The notes beneath the pieces were generated by a model. The model ran no database searches, was not told the origin of the DNA, and saw only the letters and a list, made by a program, of their open reading frames with translations. From the NCBI GenBank assembly GCA_036172245.1, contig JAYWIR010000036.1:744001-808000 (forward strand): a DNA stretch of 64,000 nucleotides, in the 5' to 3' direction. Positions within the stretch are counted from its first letter, which is position 1. Each line of letters begins with the position of its first letter. Position numbers and translations under genes: made by a program. The stretch is from Raillietiella orientalis (Eukaryota). This document shows, in pieces, positions 53,213 to 64,000 of this stretch.

Positions 53213-54036
53213 TACGAGGCGCATCTCAGAAGCAAGGGTCGCTCGGATACAAGGAAAGAGCAAATAAGAGAAACAAAAAAGTGTGTTGATGGTTCGAAAC
53301 ACGTACATCCCCGTGTCATTTTTCTACGTATCCACCATTTTTTTCCCGAAACACTTTTGATCCCGTGGAACCAGCTTTTTTCCTTTTTTTTTTTTTGAAT
53401 CCTCTGCATCAAATTCCGCCGCCTGGGGGGTTCAGCCAGCTCTGCAAAAAGTTCCCGTTGGAATTTCTGGATTGTCTGGACAGCAGTGGGTAGGCCTGCG
53501 TTGTCGTGAAGAACCATTCCTGACCTCAGCATTCCACGTCGTCGGTTCCCAATGGCACGCCGTAGTTTTGAGAATGTTTCCACACAGTCGACTCCCGAAC
53601 CCATGGTCGATCCAGGCTCCATGAAGTCCACCAACAGCACACCCTTCTGGTCCCACACACCGCTGTTCGATCAATTCAGAAATTCAAATGGGAACTTGCC
53701 GATCATCCACCTTACAGTTCCTGACCTCGCACCCAGTGACCACCGCGTCTTCCTGCACCTCAGCGATTGAGTGGCTCAACGATTCTAGGGGGAAAGTGAG
53801 GCGTGGAAAACCGCAGTGCTGATGAACTGGCTGGACTTCCAGGCGGCGGAATTTTATGTGGACAGTTTCAAAAAGTTGGTTCCACGGTATCCAAAGTGGT
53901 TGGAAAGAAATGGTGGCTACGTAGAAAAAATGACACGGGCATGTACGTGTTTCGATCCACCAACACACGTTTTTGTTTCTCTTATTTTCTCTTTCCTTGT
54001 ATCCGAGCGACCCTTGCTTTTGAGATGCGCCTCGTA
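53213..54036. mobile_element. Non-autonomous mariner made of two inverted 3' halves, flanked by TA
   Basis: TA-CGAGGCGCATCTCA(G/A)AAGCAAGGGTCGC at both ends, with inverted arms of more than 150 bp. Transposase remnants WDQKGVLLVDFM..LHDNA (minus strand) and PDLAPSD..KLVPRYPKWLERNGGYVEK (plus strand). Confidence 0.9.
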
Positions 54037-55699
54037 AATTGTATGTAAATTCGTGTGCACCGTGGGGCACACATGTTGAATTCATACCCGCGCATTGTAT
54101 ATGGTCCTTACGCGTGTTCATACATGATAATAAAAGTATGCGTGCGTGAGGTCATCAAGTTTTCATTCCAAACTGCGAACAACCGCCGAGGCTTTTTTTT
54201 TTTTTTTTTACTTGCCCTTCTTTATCACTGCGTTTCCATGATTCTCCGAAGATGTGACCTTCCTTGTTCCGAAGACAAGCAGCTTTCGGAGACAGCGGAT
54301 TCTGCAGCCGAAGTCTGTGCTAGAGGCTCACAGATCCAGAGCAATCCATCAACAGCATCCGAGCAAAATTCTTCAACGGACTCGTCACTGGGAAGGGTCA
54401 ACAGCGGATGGCTTAGGCATAGCTCTTGGTGGCAACAGACGGACGTCGGGTCTCTTGCAATCCAGGGTTGACTCGGGCAAGGTGTACTTTTTTGCACTGG
54501 ATATCCACGGAACGGGACAACCGTCCGAACTTTTATGGCGGCTCCCTGATTTTGCCAGTCGTGGAACCAAGAAGCACCTACTTGCACGGCTGGAGACGCG
54601 CGGTCGCGATGCGGAATGTTCCCCGGAGAATGGAGAAATCTTGGCTTCCTGATAAGCCCTTGATCTTCCAATTTGTCATTTCGTGCCGACCTTTTGATCT
54701 CTCATCCTTCCCTCCGGGCAATGAAGAAAGTGAAGCCTTCGGAGGTGTTACTGACCTGCTCAGTTTCCTCGGAAAACGAATCGGTGCCCATTCAGCTTGT
54801 GACCTCGGTATTGGAAAGAACCGTTGGAGGTCCATGAATCCTTCACATACTTTCGTGTTCACAATATGCCTGTAGGCCACTGCGAAAGCTCATGGGTATC
54901 GCTCTAACTGCTGTACTATTAGAGTGCCTTAGAGAATTTCGCGTCGTTTCCACAATTTTCAATCTTTTGGAATGTATCTGCTTTCGTACGTCCATTCATG
55001 CCAAGGGGCAAGTGTCTGATTGCCTTGCAGAAGTTCGGTCATCATATCCCTTTCCGCAAGAAGGAATGTTCTCGAATCCTTGCTTTCTGAGTGTTTTCCA
55101 CGCTGTAATCTTCCAGCATGAAAGTGAAACCACCATCCCGCATTTCGGTATGGGCCCGCACTTCAACATCTGAGCTGCCCGGTTGCCATTTGATCCCTTC
55201 CCGTTTCGGGAAACGCTTCCCGTTCGTCTTCAGGGGTCGGATGCAGGAAGAGGCCCACTAGTGTCCAGAGGAGAAGGATGTGGGCGCTTTTTTTCGTTCA
55301 CGCAAAGGTGTACTGTTGCGCTTGGACAAAAGCTCGGGAAAGACAACCGGTGTTGTAAAAGATTGCGGTCAGAGTGGGTAGGTGTGAAGATTCCTTCCGC
55401 CATGCGTGTATGGTTTCTGGCTACAAACAGATGACGGGATATCCTTTCGGGTTCTTCTGCATTCTCTGCTTTCCTTCCAGCCTTTTTTTTTTTGCCTCTC
55501 GAAAAATACTGAAGAACCGTTCGCTTCTTGAGGGGGACTCACAAAGCTGCTCGCGCGCCACCTGAGGGTGCTCATGACTCTTCGGGTCGGTGGAGCAACC
55601 CCGCAGGGGCCACCCTATGAATCCAGGAAGGCTCCAGAGGAAGGAGTCTGTTCCTCTCTTAATTCTTGTTAGGGAACCTCTAAGGGATTTGAGAAAGGA

Positions 55700-58200
55700 T
55701 CCGCTCCTTGTTTGCTCTTCGGGGAGATGATTCGGCTTCGTTTTGCAGAGCGTTACCTAGAAAAGCGCGCTGTATTCGGTAAGCCCAGTTCTCGGCTGCT
55801 GCTCTCATGGACAATTCTGTTATCATTTGAATTCAAACGACGAGATCTTGCTGAAAGGCTGCAGTATCTCAGCAGATCCCTCCGAAAACGATGATAGCAC
55901 AAGATGGGTATGCGAGGCCCCTTTGCCTAGCAACGAAGCTAGCGATTCCATCTGCATCGGGCTTGGCAAGGATGCAAATATCCGCAACATGCCTTTCGGT
56001 GGTTCCGTGTGGTCCGTTCCTCAAGAGGGGGCAGCGATGCAACTTTTGTGACCTTCGAACTTTCCGAGGAGCAAACAGACCTTGCGAGCACAGAGCAAAA
56101 TCTGTCTGGAAGTGATGCTGATCTGGAGCTCCGAAGAAGGCTGCACTCTTTGAGTGCTGCTTTCGTCTTCGGCAACGGTCGAAAGAACGCGATAGTGGTG
56201 GGACTTCCCGGAGCTTCAGCTGACTCTGGGAAATCATTCTCCCTTCCCTCTCCCCTCACCCCCCGGGTACTGGCCGTTTTTGAGCAGTCCGAGTGGACCA
56301 CTTGCTACAGATTTTTTTCCCGGGACAGGATCATGACAGATTTTGCAGCTGTGGGCAGAAAAGATTCCTTCACAGGAAAGAATTCTTTTTACGGGAAGCC
56401 ATGGTATGGCTGATGCCATACCACCAGAGGAGTCAAAAGCTCACCGGAAGATTTGAAAAGAAAAAAAAAGACCAAAAGAGTATTGTTGAACTCTTAGAGT
56501 TTTTTCGAGTTGGTTCTCGCGAAGACCAACTCGAAAAAAAGACTGGAGTGTGAGACAGACGTTATACAAACGTTCCTTCTGGAGGTAATAATGAGGAAGA
56601 AGAACTTTTCTGATTCACCGACGACTGGGAGCCCACCTGGGCATGCTTAATGACGAAGGGGTAGCTCACACCGTGAAAGCCGTGAATGCCTTCAGGGATT
56701 CGTGCTTCCAAAATCGTAGAGTTCCACCAGAGCTCTCAGTGGCGGAGGAAACGTCCTTGGGTACAAGGGAAAAAGGACCGACGCTTTCCAGGAACTTGCC
56801 TCGGCAGATTCCCCAAACCACCCCTTCAGAGAAACGAACGGATACTTTTGGCACACGTGCAGCGATGGAAAGGAAGTGCAGTCCTGCCATTGTTGCCGAG
56901 TCAGCGGAAGTGCAGGGGTAGCAGTCTCGACAGGAAAAATTAATTTCGTCCTCAAACCAGCAGACAAATCCAAAACGTAAATGGGTGGACGGATGAAGCA
57001 GATAACTACGCTCGCCGGTTTGAAGAACCTAGGTTCACACGAAATGCACACTGCTCTCAGGGACGTTTATTAAGTCGAAAAAATTCTTCGGAACTTCTTA
57101 GCGTTCGAATTTTTTTTCCCTTTTTTTACGTCAAATCTTTGTTGGCACCCCTGCCGTTTTTCAAAGATACGCGGATCAGTTAGCGATTTCGAAAACGAGT
57201 TTGCGATCTTTTAAATGCTGCTCCAACAGTCCTCAATGCCCCCATGAAGGAATTTCTTTCAGATGGTTCGACAGTTGTGATTCACGCCTTTATTCAAAGA
57301 AATGCAAATATTTGAAACAGAAGCTCGTCGTAATTTATGAGCTTAACAGAAACTTTTGCTTCCTGACGCATTTTTCATCGGGATTCAAAATGGCAAACCA
57401 CTTTCTCATTTTTCAACTTCTTGGCTTCGAATGTCGATGCCGAAAGGGTCCGCCATGAGAACAAGTTTCCAAAGAATCGTTCTGGACGCCCGAGGATGTC
57501 GTCACTACTTTCCTCTATTCGTATTTCAGGCGCATCTTTCAATCTATCTGTTCTCGTTCCTCCTGGATGGACAAGAATCCTGCTTTGCATTCGCACTACT
57601 CGATTAGTGTATCCCTCTGGACGGTTCTCTCCTTTCTTTGCCATCTTCGCAAAGACTCGGAACAAGAATCTGAAAACCTAATCTAGTCCGCACAAGTCCC
57701 ATATTGATACAGATGGCAAGCGTGGTTTCGGAACTGAACCTCCTATCCTCGACCACGCCGGCCCTACCTTCGTCTGGAGTTCCGGAAGTCCCTGCACCGA
57801 TCCCGCAAAGAGGGAAAGAAACAGTGGACGCATCCCGGTACGAAACACAGGGGCTCAAAAAGCAATAGGAATCTCATCACCACTCCGAGGAAACACTCGC
57901 ACTCGATGACTCAATAAATAGCAGTAGCTTGGGTTGGTTTCAGAGGTCGATTGACAGTTTTAGAGGACGTGCCGCATAACAGACACGGATCGCCCAGCCG
58001 AAATCCCTTGGTTCCCGCAAACGCAGTCTGCAGCAGCCGTTCCTTCACGGAATGAAAAGTGTGGAGACCTTTCAACGCGAAAAGCATTGCTGCGATCTCT
58101 GTTTCATGTTCGCGGAGGTGCTGAAGGCTTCCAGAATTCAATGCACTCCAAAGCATTCGAACCTTTAATACGTTTGTCCGGCATCCACCTTTTGAAGATG
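55700..58200 (+). mobile_element. Decayed CR1/L2/Jockey-like LINE remnant
   Basis: Ordered degenerate RT motifs WKGSAVLPLL (about 56865) and SSGVP (about 57770). Many frameshifts; boundaries approximate. Confidence 0.45.
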
Positions 58201-59834
58201 CCTGCTGTACTGGAAAGTTCTTCAGCATTTGAATCGAAAAAAAGAAAAGAAGAAAAAGAACACGTCCACTTTTAAGTTGTGAGAGTGGACTGCATCCCGA
58301 TCTGCGTGTGCAATCCTTCTCTTAGAACCTTTCTTTGAACCGAATTCTTTACTCGATCAGCAAGTCGCGAATCGACATGACCTTGCGCTTCAAGAGATGG
58401 CTGCGTCAAGAACGAACATGGAGGTCCGGAAGCAGGGCAGCGGTGCATCCGCTGCGAGATGGCGATTGCTGTGGGCTGTCGCTCATCCAGAAGTAGATGC
58501 AGCCCTTTCCCTTAGCAGGGTCCCTGGCCTCCTGGTTTCTTCCGTCTCCACCACCGCGTGAGACGGTCGCTCGGTCGTCCTTCCTGCCCGAAGACCATTT
58601 GCGTGAATCCACGCGGAGCTGGAACCAACGCTGGATTTCTGCAAGCAGAGAGGGATGAAGTGTGAGACACTGCGAAGATGCGACCAGCACGCCCGTTCCC
58701 GTCGCGGGGTGCTTCCGTTCGTTTCCGAGCCCAACCCGGTAAAGCCGCAGAAGAAGGAAAGGGCGATCCTAATTTCTGCAGCGACCCAAAGCTCTTAATT
58801 GCACTGCTTCTTCTTACGAAAGGGCAGCTATTGACGAACTCGCTCCTAGGAGAGGGTCAGCAAAGGAAGAGCAGGCGTGGACACTTTGGCAACGGAGGAG
58901 CACTTATAAAGATCCGCGCTTACATCACGTCGTGACGTAACCAACCTTGGGCGCGGCACGAACGCATGGAAACGGACGGTACTGACTCCGCAGGCAAAAA
59001 TGAATGACCCTTTTGGTCACGAAGATGGGCGGCGTTCGACCCGGGCTGTCGGGACGCCGCGCACGGGAAATTTGCGGGCATCCCTACCCGGAAAGGGTTG
59101 GCCATCTTGGATCGCCTTTTTCTGGACTGTGCTTTAAGGGGTTCTGCTGCGTGTGGTCCCAGATGGGCCGTCCGCAACCACGTGAAACGCTCGGGTCCAT
59201 GACCCAGCTTCCCCGGTCTTCGCAAAATTTCCCTTCCGGAGAAGCGAGGAAATTCATTTCCCCGTCGTTCCTCCGCCTGCCACCAGGTTTCCGTTGCGAC
59301 GCTCATCCGGGACGCGGAGGTAAGTAGGGGGGGATACCAGAACGGTACACGTAAACACCGTTCCCGGCATTCCCCGAGTTTCCCTGGGGCCGCGACAGGC
59401 GCGTATCGATTTCAGAGGTGGGAGCGCCACGCATATCCGGTGTGCTGCAGAAGGCAAGGTGAAGATGGAACACTTTTTTTTTTTTTTTCGTACCTTTTCC
59501 TCTGCATCCGAGGCAAGTGTGAGAGAGATGCATCCGGAAGGCGATGCTATGCGCGAACTCCTTGAGAAGGGGGGGGGGGGGAGGGGAGAGAGAGAGAGAG
59601 AGGAACCAGACGAGGAGGAGGAGGTGGGGACAGCGGCACGTGGATCGTTTGTTCGGTGAAGAGAAGAGGAATGTTCAGGAAGGAACGGGAGCACATGCAT
59701 CGATCACAGCAGCGCGCTCGAGGAGCCTGAGAAGCGAAGGGGCAGTTGCAAAAACGGAACGGAGGGGGGAGGGGGAGAGGAGGAGGAGGGAGAAGGACGG
59801 ATCCGCACGCTGACGCGGAGCGGCTTTCTCCGTG

Positions 59835-60330
59835 TCAGTGCGCGCACACCGCAAGTGCGTCGTCGAACATCTGCTGGCTGGCTGCTGGCGCGTCGTAGGT
59901 GCGAGCTAGTGTGCCAACATGGAGGCGAAAGTCGCGGACGTCCTGAAGACGAGTCGCATATCGGATTGCTTCGACTTCCTTCTCGAGGTGGTTCCTCGTG
60001 AATACGGAGAGATTGGTTTCGATTTCGGTAAGAACGTGCCCTGTTTGATAGACAAAAACAACAACCGCCCGTGGTGATCGAAAGAACCCGCCCCCCACCC
60101 GAAGTAACTCGAAATAACCACCACCCCCTCTTTTCCTTCCCCCCCCCCCCCCCCCCTATTCACCCCCTCCTCACCGCCTCCATCGCCACTTGCCGGTTTG
60201 AACTTTGGCGCCGTCGTCATGGTTGACGCTCGCGGAGCGAGCAGCGGCTTCGCGCCAGTGCGAGAGAACGCGGGCCTCATTTTCGAATAGTGTGCGTGCC
60301 GTGTCCCGTGAAGTTTGCCCACGTGTTCTG
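59835..60330 (-). CDS. Last two exons of an unidentified protein-coding gene (60330/60327-60194 and 60040-59835)
   Basis: Both exons follow pyrimidine tracts plus CAG. A G|GCAAGT donor joins them in phase to give ..RTLFENEARVLSHWREAAAR..KVQTGHVLTEIETNLSVFTRNHLEKEVEAIRYATRLQDVRDFRLHVG..AVCAH*. No homolog recognised. Confidence 0.5.
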
Positions 60331-61322
60331 CTGAGACACGGGAGAGGAAAGAAAAACGCAGGGTTCCCCCCCACCCCCACTCCCCCCCGTCTTGTTGTGG
60401 GCATCACCCACATCTTGCGCCGTGTCTCAAAGAGACTGTTGGCCTGTTGCAGAATGCTCTCTTGAGGGTGGGTGGGGGTCGGGGTGTTTTTTCTTCCGTA
60501 TTTCTTTCTGAACGGATTATCCCGTGTGCTCTTCGCGAACCGTCAAAGGTGCGCCCTGGGGTACCAGTCCTCCGCAGTTTGCGCAGATTATCGGAAAAGA
60601 AAAGCGTAATCCGCAAATCGGCAGCCAACAATGCCCGTGCTAATTCTACTCCGATTACCGAATCGCGGGGCTGAGAAGAAAAGGCAGGAGGATTTCCTGC
60701 TTTTTCTTTTTCGTTTTCTTTTTTCTGCCGAACAGAGAGATAAGTGTTATCATATCTAGGAATGCGTGCGGAAAAACCGGTAACATACCACGGATCCCCC
60801 CCCTCTGGCCTTTGCCGCTGTCGTCGTTGTCCTCTGATGGTATTCCTCTTCCGTTCGCTCGCGGATTTCATCTCTCCGGTACCGCGGTTTCTATGGCAAC
60901 CTGGCTCTCGTTTCTAACAGGTCCAGGAATTCCACTGGACCTGTTAGAGCTGCTGGTGGCTTCACTATCCCCGCTTCTCGCCCACGAGCTCCCTACGCGT
61001 GTCCAAAGATCCTGCATTACTCGATCCTCTTTTTCGATCAGGAAAAATCACGTCCGAGAACTCCAGAGTTTTTCGTTTTTGAGGGGACGTGGTCCCGTGG
61101 TGCGCCGGGAACGAGCAGGGGACTCCGGAAGACAAGCACGGCTGTACCACGCCGAAATAGTGCCGCGTTTGTTGATCCCCAGGCTCTGAATCTTCTGCTG
61201 TTCCGGGTCGGAAACTTCCCGGACCATGTGTGCCAGCTCCTTCGTCTACACGTTTGCTGATTGCCACCACGGTGCGCTAGTTACTTTGACGTTACTTTCG
61301 ACGTCTGCTTCAATCCTGGAGA

Positions 61323-62440
61323 TCGTGGGTTCGAATTCTCCGAAAGAATCGACTCAGTGCGTCGTGGGGTTCCGAATTTCACCCCACAAGATGATTCTGG
61401 TGGCCTACATTCATCCGAGTGCGGCACTGGTAGCGGTTGAAACCAGATGCCCCGATGAGGGCCGGGGCGAATGGGAGTCGACCTCCGGGTCCTTCCAGGA
61501 ATCACGGAGTGGGGAGTTCCCCCTCCGGTTGTGAAGGAGCGGACCCCCTATTCCGGGGTAACCTTCCTCTCCGTACTGATGGAGTAGGTGTGTCGCCACC
61601 ACTTCTCCAGAGAGTGCAGAGAAGCGAGCCGATCCCTTCGAGGAAGCTGAGTCCTTCTGAATTCCGGAGGGTAAACAGAAGCGTCGTTTCTGGGTTCTCT
61701 TCAGAGGGGTAAACAGGAGCGGATCCCTTGCAGGGATCCCTCCGGAGAAGAAATTCCAGGATCGGATCCTTTCATTTCCGGGTTCCCTTCAGAGAAGAAA
61801 GAATGGAGAGCACCCCCTCGGGGGTCCTCCGGAGAGAATAAGAAAGGAGGATTCCCTTCTGGATTCCCCTTCGGAGACAACCAGGGTGGAGGTGGTCTCC
61901 ATTTCCGGGGAGGGGTCCCCAGGCGTGAGAGGAACGGACTCCGAGTCCTTCTTCGATTCATAGGGCATACCCCTCACGGGGTGCCCTCTATCTTGAAGAA
62001 TTACCCACTCTCGGGTGTCCAAGAACTGCGAAGACAGAAAAGAAGGATTTCCATCATTCTAGGCCAATAGTAACCCAGAAGGGAAGCTTTCGAAATTCAG
62101 AAGGGCGTCTCCCCTAAGGGAACGTAACTCTTCTCTGCATTCTGGAGTTAACACACCTACTCCAGGGTACGAGACGGACGGTGCTCCCCGAAGGGAGGAA
62201 GGGGGGGAGGTTCCGTTCCTTTGCACAACAGGAGGGGTAGTTACACACTCCTTGATTGTTTCCTGGAAGGATCCTGCTGGGTCGACTCCCAATCCCGGCC
62301 ACTCATCGGGGGCATCCGGTTTTAACCTCTACCAATGCCGCACCCGGATGAATGTAGGCCAACCAGCGTCATCTTGCAGGGTGAATTCCGTAACCCCACG
62401 ACGCACTGAGTCGATTCTTTCGGAGTATTCGAACCCACGA
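61323..62440. repeat. Diverged inverted repeat pair of about 300 bp (61323-61620 and 62133-62440) around a degenerate minisatellite of about 43 bp (61690-61880)
   Basis: TTCGAATTCTCCGAAAGAATCGACTCAGTGCGTCGTGGGGTT versus AACCCCACGACGCACTGAGTCGATTCTTTCGGAGTATTCGAA; the unit GG(G/A)TYCCYTYMGAGA recurs five times between the arms. Confidence 0.8.
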
Positions 62441-63456
62441 CGCATGGTGCGACGCACGGAGACCACCGTAACCACACGGCCTCCGACGCGGGATCTCTCA
62501 ATGCCCATCGACGCTTGCTTCCTTGCACTCTCTGGAGAGGCGGGGACTCGGAGAGTCCCCCTGCAACAGGGAGGGGGGGGTCCGCTCCTTTAAACAACTG
62601 GAGAGGATTTGTTCGAACCTAAGCTCCAGGATTTTTCCAGGGAGCCGCCGCTGCTGCTGCTGCTGGCTCCCTGCTTGCAGCCTTCTGTCGCGGTCCGTAC
62701 GAAATCACCGCATGTTGCTGTGATTTCGCAGCATCGTGGTTGCTTGTTTTGGGCATCGCGAGCCTCAGCGCGGCCTGCTTTCTCTGTCACCTGGAAATTC
62801 CGGCCAGCTTAATGACATGGTACCCCAAGATAAACTGTGCGTTCCTCAAAACAAACTGAACCTTCAATTTTCCGACGAGCAGCGGCAGTCATTACCTCGG
62901 TCGGTGCGTTTGCTGAACGCTGATTCTCATTGGAAATGGTAAACTCTGTTCGGATCAGCTATACATCCAGACAGGAGGAATCTGTGCTCCACGTGGAAGG
63001 ACCCAGTGCACTTTCTGTTTCCCATGTTATCAGATTAACATGCCTGTGCTATGGGCGGAATTATGCAGTAATAGGTCCTGATTCTCCGGAAAGGTGCATG
63101 CCCGACCTCTTGCTTAGGTTTCGGGTGCTTCCTCCTCTTTATCGAAGTTAAGTTGGCTTCAGGAAGAATTCCTTCATTTCTGGATTGCACCTTCACCAAT
63201 GACGAGAAAATGCTACCGCAGAAATGCCTAGAGCTCGGTTTCTGCGATTGCATTTTATGCATACCTCTGTGCTATGTGCTTCCCCCCCCCCATTCGTATG
63301 TCAGATAGTGTCCCGTTTTCCTTTTTCATCAGCGCGCTGTTCTCCGTTCTGCTAGGGGCACAAGACGATGTTTCCGACGCCTATATCACGACAGTTAGAT
63401 TGAGACATAGAAAGCACTTGTGGAATGTTAATAGTAGTCTGTGTGTAGATCACGCG

Positions 63457-63459
<3 letters not shown>

Positions 63460-63488
<29 letters not shown>
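63460..63488. repeat. Poly(T) run
   Basis: About 29 consecutive T. Confidence 0.85.
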
Positions 63489-63497
<9 letters not shown>

Positions 63498-64000
63498 GTA
63501 GCATATGATAGGAAATCACGAAGGTATCATCCATACACAAATACAGGCTCTAAAGACGAATAGCAAAAAAGATGTGTGTTTTGAAAGTTCCTTCGAAGAC
63601 TTTAAGGGTACTTAGAAGCAACTTCTGTGGACCAGATGCCTACAGTAGATGCGTGAAATAGAGAAATCACGGATCGATAACCTTGGAATGGTAAATACGG
63701 CGCTATTAAATGCAATCATTGAGAAACAAATACTTCGTTGCCTGGGTAGAGTAAGAATCGAAGGTGCATCTTCGCACGAAGAGCAGTGCGGGTCGGTTCC
63801 AGTGGTTGATCGTTCATAACAAACATGTGCTGAGAGAGACGTTTCTCCAGACCAAGTTCCACTTTTTATAGTATGTGTACAGCCAAAGCGTGTTCCACTA
63901 TTCCATTGATAGCAACGAGGCTTCGACAGGCCATAGCACTAACATTGGTATTTCCTGTCAGGCGGTCATGGTGTTCTTATAATGTGGTATTTGCATCCGA

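Noticed and set aside
61690..61880. Regularly spaced repeats as a CRISPR-like array
   Set aside because: Eukaryotic context, degenerate units and no cas genes; treated as a minisatellite.

Overview
Animal (eukaryotic) genomic DNA with two contrasting compartments. AT-rich, gene-dense stretches (about 1-14.3 kb and 29.5-38 kb) carry conserved housekeeping genes with very short introns, mostly 39-59 nt and one of 33 nt: XPA (partial), MCTS1, mitochondrial Lon protease, IFT52, an RNase H1 with no hybrid-binding domain, ANKRD39 and TMA7. TAF13 lies at 16-17.6 kb and its first exon was not located. GC-richer stretches (about 14.6-29 kb and 38-64 kb) are mostly decayed transposons: two L1/Tx1-like LINE lineages (called A and B here), Tigger/pogo and mariner remnants, and CR1/L2-like relics. 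Two terminal exons of an unidentified gene lie near 60 kb. The most notable signal is LINE lineage B. Nine diverged copies share an ordered 3'-terminal module that appears conserved in structure: stop codon, pyrimidine tract, hairpin/pseudoknot, CCAAG-loop hairpin, AT spacer, AATAAA, then a CCCGG..CCGGG-TGA(C)AAA terminal hairpin with no long poly(A). Several copies sit in inverted pairs and inside pogo/Tigger-type terminal repeats. All family assignments are motif recognition by eye; no database search was run.
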